DNA of 64,000 nucleotides from an uncultured Clostridia bacterium (GTDB taxonomy: Bacteria > Bacillota > Clostridia > Christensenellales > CAG-314): contig CANOTO010000004.1 in NCBI GenBank assembly GCA_947570215.1, positions 92,522 through 156,521 of the forward strand, read 5' to 3'. Below the pieces are notes generated by a model. It was not told where the DNA came from, ran no database searches, and was given only the letters and a program-made list of their open reading frames with translations. A program made the translations under genes and the position numbers. Shown piece by piece: positions 43,147-52,506 of the stretch; positions within the stretch are counted from its first letter, which is position 1; each line of letters begins with the position of its first letter.

Positions 43147-44286
43147 TTAGTTTTCCAACATAATTTCTTTTACGGATACTTTGTTTATTTTTGCAACGTA
43201 AAACGCCGTTATAGCGGTGTAGCATACTACAAATGCCGCGAGAGTAATAAGCATTGCGCCGACGTTAAACGTATAGTCGGGTACTTCGCCTACGTCCTTA
43301 AAGATAAGATTTATCATTAAATACAGCAAACCGTATTGATAGGCGGTGCCGACAACAAAACCTACTACCGCAAAAGGAATAAAACCTATAAAGACAGACG
43401 TTACGCATTTCGACAGCGAATAGCCGAACGTTTTCATCATAGCGATACTTTGCGCGCTGTTTTTGACGAGAGACGTTAACGCCATGAATGCGGAAGTTAT
43501 TGCAAGAACAAGCCCTATTGCAAGTATCATCCAACCCATTGCGCCGTTGACAAGTTCTTCCATAGACGCGCCCATTTGTACCATTGCGGAAAAGCAAAAG
43601 CAGGAAAAAGTTACGAAAAACGTCAACAGCTTGTTTGCCGATACCGTTTTTATACTGATTTCTTTTAGGAAGCTGTTTTTATTTTTAATCGGCTTTGCGT
43701 TTACTTTTGCCTTAAGTTCCTTGCGCTTGTTTTTGAGTATTATAAGGGCGGGCTTTTTAAGCCTGACGTATGCGCAAACGTACGCTACAATTCCGAGCAG
43801 TATCGGCGGGGCAATTACCAATGCAAACAGTAACGAAACGTGATAGTGGATTGATACCGTTAAGCCGTCTATCGTAAGCGACTCGTATACTGACGGCATT
43901 ATTGCGTGTCCCAAGCCGTAACCGAGCGCGCAGCCGATAAACGCGCTTAGGCCGAATGCGGCAAAGCTTCGAGACAAACGCGTTGCCGAGTATCCGAGAG
44001 CTTTCAACGTGCCAAGCTCCTTGCTGTGTTCGCCTATATACAGCGTTACGTAAAAAACAACCATTATGCCGGCAATAAGCGCAAGTACTCCGCCCGTAAC
44101 GGAGCAGCACATTTGCGCGGTTGCTAACTGCGCGTCGTACAGCGGAAGCATGGGCTCGGCGACTTCGTCGCGTAACGGCAGTACATCGAGGTAAAAATTG
44201 AGAAAAAAGGTGCATACAAACACCGCGCAAAAACAGACGATTGCAACGCCGATCAGTTTTAGCGCGCTTTTAGCGGATATTATCAT
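43147..44286 (-). CDS. ABC transporter permease (FtsX/MacB-like)
   Basis: Multi-TM protein directly downstream of an ABC ATPase gene. Confidence 0.75.
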   Translation of the reverse strand: MIISAKSALKLIGVAIVCFCAVFVCTFFLNFYLDVLPLRDEVAEPMLPLYDAQLATAQMCCSVTGGVLALIAGIMVVFYVTLYIGEHSKELGTLKALGYSATRLSRSFAAFGLSAFIGCALGYGLGHAIMPSVYESLTIDGLTVSIHYHVSLLFALVIAPPILLGIVAYVCAYVRLKKPALIILKNKRKELKAKVNAKPIKNKNSFLKEISIKTVSANKLLTFFVTFSCFCFSAMVQMGASMEELVNGAMGWMILAIGLVLAITSAFMALTSLVKNSAQSIAMMKTFGYSLSKCVTSVFIGFIPFAVVGFVVGTAYQYGLLYLMINLIFKDVGEVPDYTFNVGAMLITLAAFVVCYTAITAFYVAKINKVSVKEIMLEN

Positions 44287-44287
44287 A

Positions 44288-44974
44288 TTACCACCCGATT
44301 TCGTAAGCGGTTTTTTGCGTTTTATTTGCGCTGACGTCTACTATTTTACCGCTGTTCATCAGTATTACTTTCTGCGCTGTTTCCGCAATGTTTTGGTTGT
44401 GCGTTACCATTACCATAGTAAAACCCAACTTTTCCTTTTGCTTTATTATGCAGTCTAATACGTCGCGCCCCGTCTTTTCGTCCAGCGCTCCCGTCGGTTC
44501 GTCAAGGAACAAAATACGCGGTTTTTTTGCCAACGCTCTTGCTATGCATACGCGTTGCTGTTCGCCTCCGGAAAGCTCGGAGGGACGTTTATTTAGTTTG
44601 TCGGCAAGTCCCAATGCTTGTATTATTTCGTCAAAACCGTCGTTTTTTGCCAAATCCGCGCCCAGTTTTATGTTGCTTGCGACGCTTAGGTGAGGCAGCA
44701 GATAGTATTGCTGAAATACGAACCCGACGTAATTTTTGCGGAATTCCGTCAGTTGTTTGTCCGTCAGGGCGTTTAGGTTGATTCCGTTAACGGTTATTTC
44801 GCCCTTATCGGCTTTTTCGAGACCGGACATAACGTTCATAAGCGTGGATTTACCCGAGCCCGAAGCGCCGAGTATGACGGCAGATTCGCCTTCGGCAATT
44901 GAAAGCGATATGCTGTGTAGGACTTCCGTTTTGCCGTTATTGTACGATTTGTACAGACTTTTAACGCATATCAT
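44288..44974 (-). CDS. ABC transporter ATP-binding protein
   Basis: Walker A GASGSGKST, signature LSGGEQQR and Walker B LFLDEP. Start at MICVKS, with AAGGAGAAC RBS. Confidence 0.9.
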   Translation of the reverse strand: MICVKSLYKSYNNGKTEVLHSISLSIAEGESAVILGASGSGKSTLMNVMSGLEKADKGEITVNGINLNALTDKQLTEFRKNYVGFVFQQYYLLPHLSVASNIKLGADLAKNDGFDEIIQALGLADKLNKRPSELSGGEQQRVCIARALAKKPRILFLDEPTGALDEKTGRDVLDCIIKQKEKLGFTMVMVTHNQNIAETAQKVILMNSGKIVDVSANKTQKTAYEIGW

Positions 44975-45561
44975 TTCAGTTCTCCTTTCTTTGCCCGCAT
45001 AAGCAAGCTTGTAAACACGGTTGTTAACATATCGGAAATTTGTTCTTCGGTAAAAGCGCACACTTTGGTTGCGGTAAGCACAGCAACGCCGTGAGTGTAT
45101 ATCCATATGTGCAAATACAGCTTTTTTGCCGTGTCTGCGTCTAAACCGTAGCTTTCTCGTACGGAATTGAGAATTTTGTCGTAGCTGGTTTCTATTCCTT
45201 GCAGCACGTTTTGCATGTCGGGAACGTTTGCGTTTTCTTTCATAAACAACAGGCGGAACAGCTTGGGGTGTTCGCCCGCAAAACGTATATAGCTTTCACC
45301 TACGCCCTTGAAGGGGAGCGGCGCTTTGAGCCCTTGCTCGACGTATCGCGCGTAAAGAGAATCGCAGTAGGCGGCGGTGGCGGCTGTTACTTCGTCCATA
45401 CCGCTGAATACGGTAAATATGGGACGCGCAGAACTGCCGAGTTTATTGCCCAAGTTGCGCGCGGTTAATGATTCCATACCCGTGGTTTCGATTATTTCGA
45501 CGCTTGCATTTATAATTTCCTGCTTTGTAAATTTTGCTTTCGGCGGCATTTGTATCTCCAT
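44971..45561 (-). CDS. TetR/AcrR-family transcriptional regulator
   Basis: N-terminal HTH (MESLTARNLGNKLGSSARPIFTVF). ATGA-coupled to the ABC genes. Confidence 0.8.
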   Translation of the reverse strand: MEIQMPPKAKFTKQEIINASVEIIETTGMESLTARNLGNKLGSSARPIFTVFSGMDEVTAATAAYCDSLYARYVEQGLKAPLPFKGVGESYIRFAGEHPKLFRLLFMKENANVPDMQNVLQGIETSYDKILNSVRESYGLDADTAKKLYLHIWIYTHGVAVLTATKVCAFTEEQISDMLTTVFTSLLMRAKKGELK

Positions 45562-45906
45562 AACGATTTAATTAAAACATTTGTTTTGCAACGTTTGTTT
45601 TATTATAATTCAATCACATACCAATGTCAACAATTTGCGATTAAATTTTTAAGATTTATCCGATGTAAAGGACAATAGAAGAAACGAAAAAAATTAAGTA
45701 ATGTCCGTAATCGGCAAATGCTGCCGAAAGCAAAAATAACAAAGGCGGCATAGATGCCGAGGTATTGTTGCGCCGACGTCCGATTGATAAGTGGGTAAGA
45801 AGAAAAAATAATTTGCATCTATTTTTTTAATTATGTCTAAATAATTGACAAACGGCTAATAATTTAGTAAAATAACGCTGTAAAGTAAGTTTGCTTTACA
45901 CAAGGA

Positions 45907-46218
45907 GTGCTAATGGCTCTTTCCAAATTACAATTGTCCGAGTTGCTGTCCGTTTACGGCGGATTGCTTACGGAAAAACAACGCGATGCGTTGGTAATGT
46001 ATTGCAATTGCGATTTGTCTCTCGGAGAAATAGCGGACGAATCGGGCATATCCCGCCAAGGTGTGCGCGACGCGATAGTTAAGTCGGAAGCGGCTCTTGT
46101 AAGGCTGGATACCGAATTGCATTTGGCTGAGTTTACAAGGAACGCGCGGTTCGCTCTCGAATCGGACGACGGCGCGGCATTGAAGGAAGTAGTGAAACGA
46201 TTTGTTTCAAAGGAGTAG
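45907..46218 (+). CDS. ylxM: YlxM/UPF0122 putative DNA-binding protein
   Basis: Sigma-70 region-4-like HTH (SLGEIADESGISRQGVRDA). Immediately upstream of ffh. Confidence 0.85.
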   Translation: MLMALSKLQLSELLSVYGGLLTEKQRDALVMYCNCDLSLGEIADESGISRQGVRDAIVKSEAALVRLDTELHLAEFTRNARFALESDDGAALKEVVKRFVSKE

Positions 46219-46221
46219 AAA

Positions 46222-47532
46222 TTGGCTGCTTTTTCTAATCTTACAGACAGAATAAATCACGTTTTTTCCAAGCTTAAAAACCGCGGCGCTTTAACGGAGC
46301 TGGAAATAAAGCAAGCCATGCGCGAAGTCCGCGTGGCATTGTTGGAAGCTGACGTTAACTTTTCCGTAGCTAAGGACTTTATCGGCAGAGTTTCCGAGCT
46401 TGCGGTCGGCGAAGAAGTGCTTAAAAGCCTTACGCCGGGACAGCAGGTAATAAAGATAGTTAACGAACAGCTAATAGAGCTGTTGGGTTCTACGCAAAGC
46501 AAATTAGGCGTGTCGCCTAAGCTGCCTACGATAATAATGATGTGCGGACTGCAAGGCGCAGGCAAGACGACAATGTGCGGAAAGCTGGCATTGCATTTGC
46601 AAAAGCAGGGCAAGCGCGTATTGCTATGCGCCGACGACGTATACCGCCCTGCGGCAATTAAGCAGTTGGAAATAGTGGCTGGCAAGGTAAAAGCGGGATT
46701 TTTCGAAATGGGACAGGGAAATCCTACGAAAATTGCCGAACAAGCCGTTAAATACGCCGAGAAGAACGGATTCGATACTTTAATAATAGACACTGCGGGG
46801 CGTTTGCACATAAACGAAGAATTGATGAACGAATTGAAGTCCATCAAAAAAGCCGTTAATGTTTACGAAACGCTGCTTGTAGTCGACTCTATGACGGGGC
46901 AGGATGCGGTTAACGTTGCCAAAGCTTTCGACGAAGCGTTAGATATAACGGGAGTTATAATGACTAAGTTAGACGGCGACACCCGCGGAGGCGCGACGTT
47001 GTCTATTAAAGCGGTTACGGGCAAGCCCATCAAGTTTGTAGGCACAGGCGAAAAGTCCGAAGATTTGGAACCGTTTTATCCCGACAGAATGGCGTCGAGA
47101 ATTCTCGGTATGGGCGATGTTTTGACCTTAATAGAAAAGGCTCAGACAGCGATAGACGAAGAACAAGCCATAAAAATGGCTAAGAAGTTAAAGGAAGCGT
47201 CCTTTGACCTTAACGACTACTTGGAGCAGTTCGAGCAAGTGGCGAAAATGGGCGACCTTAACGATCTTGTTGGGATGATACCGGGCGCGGGCAAGCTTAA
47301 ACTCGGAGATAAAAAGGTGGACGAAGCGCAGCTTAAACGCAATAAGGCAATTATTCAGTCTATGACAAAAGACGAGCGGAGTAACCCTAAAATTCTCAAT
47401 TATTCGCGCCGTAAACGCATTGCCGGCGGTTGCGGATTGCAGGTGCAGGACGTTAACAGGTTAATTAAACAGTTCGAACAAACACGCGATATGATGAAAA
47501 AAATGGCTAAGTCAAAACGCTTACCTTTTTAA
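46222..47532 (+). CDS. ffh: Signal recognition particle protein Ffh
   Basis: GLQGAGKTT, DTAGR and TKLDGD GTPase motifs plus a Met-rich M domain. TTG start. Confidence 0.95.
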   Translation: MAAFSNLTDRINHVFSKLKNRGALTELEIKQAMREVRVALLEADVNFSVAKDFIGRVSELAVGEEVLKSLTPGQQVIKIVNEQLIELLGSTQSKLGVSPKLPTIIMMCGLQGAGKTTMCGKLALHLQKQGKRVLLCADDVYRPAAIKQLEIVAGKVKAGFFEMGQGNPTKIAEQAVKYAEKNGFDTLIIDTAGRLHINEELMNELKSIKKAVNVYETLLVVDSMTGQDAVNVAKAFDEALDITGVIMTKLDGDTRGGATLSIKAVTGKPIKFVGTGEKSEDLEPFYPDRMASRILGMGDVLTLIEKAQTAIDEEQAIKMAKKLKEASFDLNDYLEQFEQVAKMGDLNDLVGMIPGAGKLKLGDKKVDEAQLKRNKAIIQSMTKDERSNPKILNYSRRKRIAGGCGLQVQDVNRLIKQFEQTRDMMKKMAKSKRLPF

Positions 47533-47569
47533 TAAAACTATAACATGAATACATTTGGAGGAAAAAACA

Positions 47570-47830
47570 ATGGCAGTAAAAATGAGATTGACAAGAATGG
47601 GCGATAAAAAAAGTCCTTTCTACCGTGTGGTGGTTATCGATTCGCACAAGGCGCGCGACGGACAATACGTTGATTTGGTCGGAACATACAATCCGTTAAA
47701 CGAAGAGCTTAAACTCGACGTGGACAAAGCGAAGAAATGGATTGATTGCGGCGTGCAACCCACCGAAACTGTTAGAACGTTGTTGGTGCGCGAGAAGATT
47801 CTTGAGCCTAAGAAAGCGCCCAAAGCGTAA
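47570..47830 (+). CDS. rpsP: 30S ribosomal protein S16
   Basis: MAVKMRLTRMGDKKSPFYRVVV N-terminus. GGAGG RBS. Confidence 0.95.
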   Translation: MAVKMRLTRMGDKKSPFYRVVVIDSHKARDGQYVDLVGTYNPLNEELKLDVDKAKKWIDCGVQPTETVRTLLVREKILEPKKAPKA

Positions 47831-47843
47831 TTAGGAGTAAAAA

Positions 47844-48074
47844 ATGGTAGAACTGGTTACTTATATTGTTGAGCAGCTTGTAGACGATAAATCCGCCGTT
47901 AACGTTACTTCTGCCGAAGAAAACGGCGTGGAAGTCGTTACCATTCGCGTTGCCGAAAACGATATCGGCAAGGTTATCGGCAAACAGGGCAAGATTGCTA
48001 TGGCTATACGTACGTTGGCCAAAGCGGTAGGAATAAAAAACGGCAAAAGATACAGTATCGATATAGCCGACTAA
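47844..48074 (+). CDS. khpA: KH-domain RNA-binding protein (YlqC/KhpA)
   Basis: GKVIGKQGK KH motif. Lies between rpsP and rimM. Confidence 0.88.
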   Translation: MVELVTYIVEQLVDDKSAVNVTSAEENGVEVVTIRVAENDIGKVIGKQGKIAMAIRTLAKAVGIKNGKRYSIDIAD

Positions 48075-48079
48075 ATTAT

Positions 48080-48110
48080 TTGCCACAAGCATTTTCTTGT
48101 GGCAATTATT
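48080..48110 (+). terminator. Intrinsic terminator or attenuator after the KH gene
   Basis: 10-bp stem TTGCCACAAG/CTTGTGGCAA followed by a T-rich tail. Confidence 0.6.
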
Positions 48111-48198
48111 ATATGTCGGAATTTTGAAATATATTGCGAGATGGGCATTGCGGTACAGTTGTAGTATAATGCCGAGCAGAATTCGGTAGAAATTAGTA

Positions 48199-48699
48199 AT
48201 GAAAATAGAAATAGGAAAAGTACTTAAAGCGCAGGGGATAAAGGGAGAGATAAAATTGCAATGTTATCTCGACGATTCGTCCATGCTTAAAAACGTCAAA
48301 CAAATATATATTGGGACAAAAACGTACGCGGTAGAGCATATTCGCTGCGACGGGGCGTTTTGCTACGTCCTGCTGCAAGGCGTTGCTGACAGAAACGCCG
48401 CCGAAAGCTTGCGTAATTGGACCGTATGCGCCGACAAGGAAAGCGTTTTGTTGGACAAAGACAGATTTTTTATAAACGATTTAATTGGCTGCAAAATAAC
48501 GTTTACAGACGGGCATATTGTCGGCGTTGTAAAGGACGTGCTTCAATACGGCGCGGCGGATGTGTTCGTGTGCGATAACAGCGGTTCGGCAGTATCGTTT
48601 CCGTATCTTAAAGACGTGGTATTGTCGGTAAATATAGGCAGTAAGTTGATAGTCGTTGACGCTAAACGGTTTGGCGAGGTGGCGGTATATGAAGATTGA
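48199..48699 (+). CDS. rimM: Ribosome maturation factor RimM
   Basis: IGKVLKAQGIKGEIK N-terminus and a PRC barrel C-terminus. Confidence 0.9.
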   Translation: MKIEIGKVLKAQGIKGEIKLQCYLDDSSMLKNVKQIYIGTKTYAVEHIRCDGAFCYVLLQGVADRNAAESLRNWTVCADKESVLLDKDRFFINDLIGCKITFTDGHIVGVVKDVLQYGAADVFVCDNSGSAVSFPYLKDVVLSVNIGSKLIVVDAKRFGEVAVYED

Positions 48700-49363
48700 C
48701 GTTTTGACGCTTTTCCCCGAAATGTTCGACGCGCTGAACTGTTCTCTTATGGGACGCGCAAAAGAAAAGGGGTTGTACGAGCTTCATTGCCACAATATAC
48801 GAGATTACTCTGCGGACAAGCACAAGAAGTGCGACGACACGCCGTTTGGCGGCGGCGCGGGAATGGTTATGACTCCGCAGCCGATACACGATTGTATAGG
48901 CGCAGTCGACCCTGAACATAAGGCTTTAAGAATATATATGTCGCCGCGTGGAATGAGACTGAATCAACAAATAGTTAAAGATTTGTCGCAGTGCGGCGAT
49001 ATAGTTATATTGTGCGGACATTACGAAGGCGTAGATCAGCGCGTAATAGATATGGATATAGATATGGAGCTTTCTGTGGGCGATTATGTTTTATCGGGCG
49101 GAGAACTGCCCGCAATGGTGTTAATCGACTGTGTGTTAAGGTATGTTCCGAACGTTTTGGGCAATGCCGAATCGACAGTGGACGAATCTTTTTCACAGCC
49201 GATGTTGGAGTATCCGCATTACACGCGTCCGCAGGAGTACTGCGGAATACCCGTTCCCGAAGTTCTTGTCAGCGGCAATCATCAGAACATTTCGAAGTGG
49301 CGCAAGGAGCAATCGCTTGCAATAACCAGAAAAAACAGACCCGATTTATTGGAGAACAAATGA
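48689..49363 (+). CDS. trmD: tRNA (guanine37-N1)-methyltransferase TrmD
   Basis: MKIDVLTLFPEMF N-terminus and YVLSGGELPAMV. The start is internal to the track ORF. Confidence 0.95.
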   Translation: MKIDVLTLFPEMFDALNCSLMGRAKEKGLYELHCHNIRDYSADKHKKCDDTPFGGGAGMVMTPQPIHDCIGAVDPEHKALRIYMSPRGMRLNQQIVKDLSQCGDIVILCGHYEGVDQRVIDMDIDMELSVGDYVLSGGELPAMVLIDCVLRYVPNVLGNAESTVDESFSQPMLEYPHYTRPQEYCGIPVPEVLVSGNHQNISKWRKEQSLAITRKNRPDLLENK

Positions 49364-50211
49364 CGATACAGTGGTTTCCGGGGCATATGACGAAAGCGCT
49401 TAGAATGATGCAGGATAACGCAGACATTGTAGACGCAATAGGGTACGTGCTTGATGCGCGGGCTCCCGCGTCGTGTTTTAACCCAAGCTTTAACAAAATT
49501 ATCGGTAATAAGCCCTGCGTATTTATTCTTAATAAGTGCGATTTGGCGGACGAGTCGAAATTGGAAGAATGGCGTAAATATTTTCGCTCTAACAATTTGT
49601 CGTTTGTTAATGCGACGGCGACGGCGTCCGCAGAAGCAGGCAAGATTACTTCGGCTTTCGCCGAGATTACCGCCGATTTACGTAGTAAGTATAGGGCAAA
49701 AGGAATATTTAAGCCCGTACGCTGCCTTATCATAGGAGTTCCTAATTGCGGTAAATCTACGCTTATTAATTGTTTGGCCGGAAGGAAAACCGTAATTACG
49801 GGAGATAAACCGGGCGTGACTAAGGGTAAACAATGGGTGCGGCTGCAATCGGGACTGGAGATGTTGGATACACCCGGTACGTTATGGCCTAAATTCGATA
49901 ACGAGCGCGTGGCTGCGAGATTGTGTTTTATCGGCAGTGTGAAAGACGACGTGGTGGATTTGTACGAAGTATCCAATATGCTGTTGGCAGAACTTGCCGA
50001 GCAGTATCCGAACAATCTCGCCGAACGTTACAAATTGTCGCTTGACGGTAAAACGACTGGCGAAATTTTCCAAGATATTGCGGTCAAGCGCGGTTTTTTG
50101 CTACGCGGCGGAGAGATAGATTACGATCGCTGCTCAAAAGCTATTTTGGATGATTTTCGCAAAGGAAAAATCGGCAAAACTACTTTAGACTTGCCAAAGG
50201 ACATAGTATAA
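49360..50211 (+). CDS. rbgA: Ribosome biogenesis GTPase A (RbgA/YlqF)
   Basis: IQWFPGHM, NKCDL and GVPNCGKST, in the circularly permuted GTPase order. The track ORF from 48991 is an out-of-gene extension over trmD. Confidence 0.92.
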   Translation: MTIQWFPGHMTKALRMMQDNADIVDAIGYVLDARAPASCFNPSFNKIIGNKPCVFILNKCDLADESKLEEWRKYFRSNNLSFVNATATASAEAGKITSAFAEITADLRSKYRAKGIFKPVRCLIIGVPNCGKSTLINCLAGRKTVITGDKPGVTKGKQWVRLQSGLEMLDTPGTLWPKFDNERVAARLCFIGSVKDDVVDLYEVSNMLLAELAEQYPNNLAERYKLSLDGKTTGEIFQDIAVKRGFLLRGGEIDYDRCSKAILDDFRKGKIGKTTLDLPKDIV

Positions 50212-50801
50212 TGTTACAATACGAAAGACGGCTTATTGACGAAGGCTATAAATATATTGCGGGAGTTGACGAGGCGGGACGCGGTCCTTTGGCGGGACCT
50301 GTTGTGATAGCGGCGGTAGTAATGCCGTTGGATAATTTGATAGACGGTGTTAACGACAGTAAAAAATTGTCTGCGAAAAAACGCGACGCGCTTTACGAAT
50401 TGATTATGCAAAGCGCGCTGAACGTGAAAGTATCCGTTATTTCTCACGAAATTATCGACGAAATAAATATTCTGAACGCTACCAAGCGCGGTATGCTCGA
50501 ATGTATAAACTGTTTGGAGTGTGCGGACGTTGCATTGATTGACGCGGTAAAATTACAGGCGCAAATTCCTACGATATCGATAATTCACGGCGACGCGCTA
50601 AGCTACAGCATTGCCGCGGCAAGTATCGTAGCAAAAGTGACCCGTGATAAGCTTATGTTGGAATACGATAAATTGTATCCGCAGTATAATTTTTCCAAAC
50701 ACAAAGGGTATGGTACTGCCGAGCATATAAAAATGCTGAAAGAACACGGTCCTTGTACTATACATAGGCGCAGCTTTATAAAAAACTTCGTAGAAGTATG
50801 A
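50211..50801 (+). CDS. rnhB: Ribonuclease HII
   Basis: GVDEAGRGPLAGPVV catalytic motif, plus DSKKL. Confidence 0.93.
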   Translation: MLQYERRLIDEGYKYIAGVDEAGRGPLAGPVVIAAVVMPLDNLIDGVNDSKKLSAKKRDALYELIMQSALNVKVSVISHEIIDEINILNATKRGMLECINCLECADVALIDAVKLQAQIPTISIIHGDALSYSIAAASIVAKVTRDKLMLEYDKLYPQYNFSKHKGYGTAEHIKMLKEHGPCTIHRRSFIKNFVEV

Positions 50802-51142
50802 ATACCCATAGCATAGGAGTAGCCGGAGAAGACTTGGCGGTAAAATATCTGTCTAAGCGTAAATACAAAATATTGGAACGTAATTTCCGCTGCAAGCTCG
50901 GCGAAATCGACATAATTGCTTTTAATGAAGGTTTTATTGCTTTTATAGAAGTGAAAAGCCGCTCGGATGATAAATTCGGTTTGCCGCGGGAAGCGGTTTC
51001 GCCGTATAAGCAACAGCGAATTGCGAGTGCGGCGCAGTATTGGTTATATACTAACAAGCTCGTCGGACGTTCCGTCCGTTTCGACGTGGTAGAGATACTG
51101 TCCGGTAACGTCAACGTGTTGAAGGACGCTTTTCGTCCCTAA
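50798..51142 (+). CDS. yraN: YraN-family (UPF0102) endonuclease-like protein
   Basis: GEDLAVKYL...GEIDIIA...FIEVK pattern. Confidence 0.88.
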   Translation: MNTHSIGVAGEDLAVKYLSKRKYKILERNFRCKLGEIDIIAFNEGFIAFIEVKSRSDDKFGLPREAVSPYKQQRIASAAQYWLYTNKLVGRSVRFDVVEILSGNVNVLKDAFRP

Positions 51143-51261
51143 TAAACTGTTTTGGCGGCTCAATTGCCATTTTTTTCGGCGTAACGTATATTACTATTTG
51201 TGACATAGTATTGGGAAATAAGGTAAATAAATAAAATCTTGACAAAATCGTTGTCAAACAG

Positions 51262-51290
51262 TTGCTTGAAAAACGCGCATATGCTAAAAT
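51262..51290 (+). promoter_or_regulatory. Extended -10 promoter of rplS with a ~75-nt leader
   Basis: TTGCTT, 17-nt spacer, TGcTAAAAT. The GC-rich leader GACTTCGGGCGGTCCGCTGGCGAGTTCGCG could be an L19-type autoregulatory leader. Confidence 0.45.
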
Positions 51291-51369
51291 ATATCAGTGA
51301 CTTCGGGCGGTCCGCTGGCGAGTTCGCGAATGAACGCTTAGTTAACAAATATTTTGGAGGAAAAGTCAA

Positions 51370-51708
51370 ATGGACATCATTAAGCAAATCGAATCGGAAG
51401 CTCTCAGAGAAGTTACGCCCTTTAACGTGGGCGACACCGTACGCGTTAACTTCAAGGTTATCGAAGGTAACAAGGAAAGAATTCAGGCGTACGAAGGAAT
51501 TGTAATCGCCCGTAAACACGGCGGTCTTCGCGAAACGTTCACGGTAAGACGTATATCTTCCGGTATCGGCGTGGAACGTACTTTCCCCGTACATAGCCCC
51601 AAGATTGACAGTATAGTCGTCGTTCGTAAGGGACAAGTCCGCAGAGCCAAGCTGTATTACCTGCGTTCTCGCACAGGTAAAGCCGCGAAAGTTAAGAGTT
51701 CTAACTAA
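51370..51708 (+). CDS. rplS: 50S ribosomal protein L19
   Basis: [26 protein letters not shown]... is a classic L19 sequence. Confidence 0.95.
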   Translation: MDIIKQIESEALREVTPFNVGDTVRVNFKVIEGNKERIQAYEGIVIARKHGGLRETFTVRRISSGIGVERTFPVHSPKIDSIVVVRKGQVRRAKLYYLRSRTGKAAKVKSSN

Positions 51709-51721
51709 TCAAAGCGATATT

Positions 51722-51752
51722 CAAGCAATCTCTTTTGAGATTGCTTGTTTTA
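51722..51752 (+). terminator. Intrinsic terminator after rplS
   Basis: 11-bp stem CAAGCAATCTC/GAGATTGCTTG followed by a T run. Confidence 0.75.
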
Positions 51753-51766
51753 TTATACGGTATGTA

Positions 51767-52297
51767 ATGAAAGTAATTAAAGTAAAACTTGATAATGAGT
51801 CGATTCTTGAAAAAGTGTACGAGCGTATTATTTCGCAATGCAAAAATTTTTTCGGAGTAAAGAACGAAGACGTATCGTTTTATTTTGTACCCGATTATAA
51901 TAATCTCAGTTTGGTTATGGGAATTCACCGTGACGCTGAGGCGGAATTTTGCGAAAGATATTTGGATAATCCAGCTTTAAGCTTTACAGGCGCGTCCTAT
52001 GTCAGAGTCTTTACGCAACAGCAATTATACGAGTATTGTATTTGCGACGGTGTAAAGATTTTACCTATAAATGAAATTAGATATGTCAAGCTGCATTCGA
52101 GCGATGTGCTAAATATTGCAACGGAAGTTTTATGCAAATTGTTAAAAATTAACTGGAAAAATGCGAAAGTTGTAAAGTTTGAAAACGGTTATGTATTTTA
52201 TTTAGCTAAGGAATTTCACTTTTTATCTTTGGTAGATAAAAATGAATTTAGCAAAATAGCGGATTATACCGAACGGGTAGAAGATTTATTTATATAA
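51767..52297 (+). CDS. Hypothetical protein (176 aa)
   Basis: AT-rich ORF between rplS and comM. No family recognised. Confidence 0.45.
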   Translation: MKVIKVKLDNESILEKVYERIISQCKNFFGVKNEDVSFYFVPDYNNLSLVMGIHRDAEAEFCERYLDNPALSFTGASYVRVFTQQQLYEYCICDGVKILPINEIRYVKLHSSDVLNIATEVLCKLLKINWKNAKVVKFENGYVFYLAKEFHFLSLVDKNEFSKIADYTERVEDLFI

Positions 52298-52506
52298 CGT
52301 CGCGCCGATATTAAAATTTATTGATTTACAGAAATAGATAAAGAGTTTTGACTGAACTCTTGCTATTCGTGATATTCTAAAAAAATAAAGCAAAATGTTT
52401 TCCATTAAAATTTTTATTTGTTTTTGCTGTAAAAGGCTTGTTTGTTTTCAGTTTGGCGGTTATACTATTATATTAGGACAGTATTGGACTTTTGTTAAGG
52501 AGAAAT

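Noticed and set aside
43029-43163. 44-aa ORF after ftsY
   Set aside because: It has no RBS, overlaps the 3' end of the convergent permease gene and shows no recognisable features.
48991-49359. N-terminal 123 codons of the 406-aa track ORF for the GTPase
   Set aside because: This part overlaps trmD in another frame and is Arg-rich nonsense. The conserved RbgA N-terminus (MTIQWFPGHM) begins at 49360.
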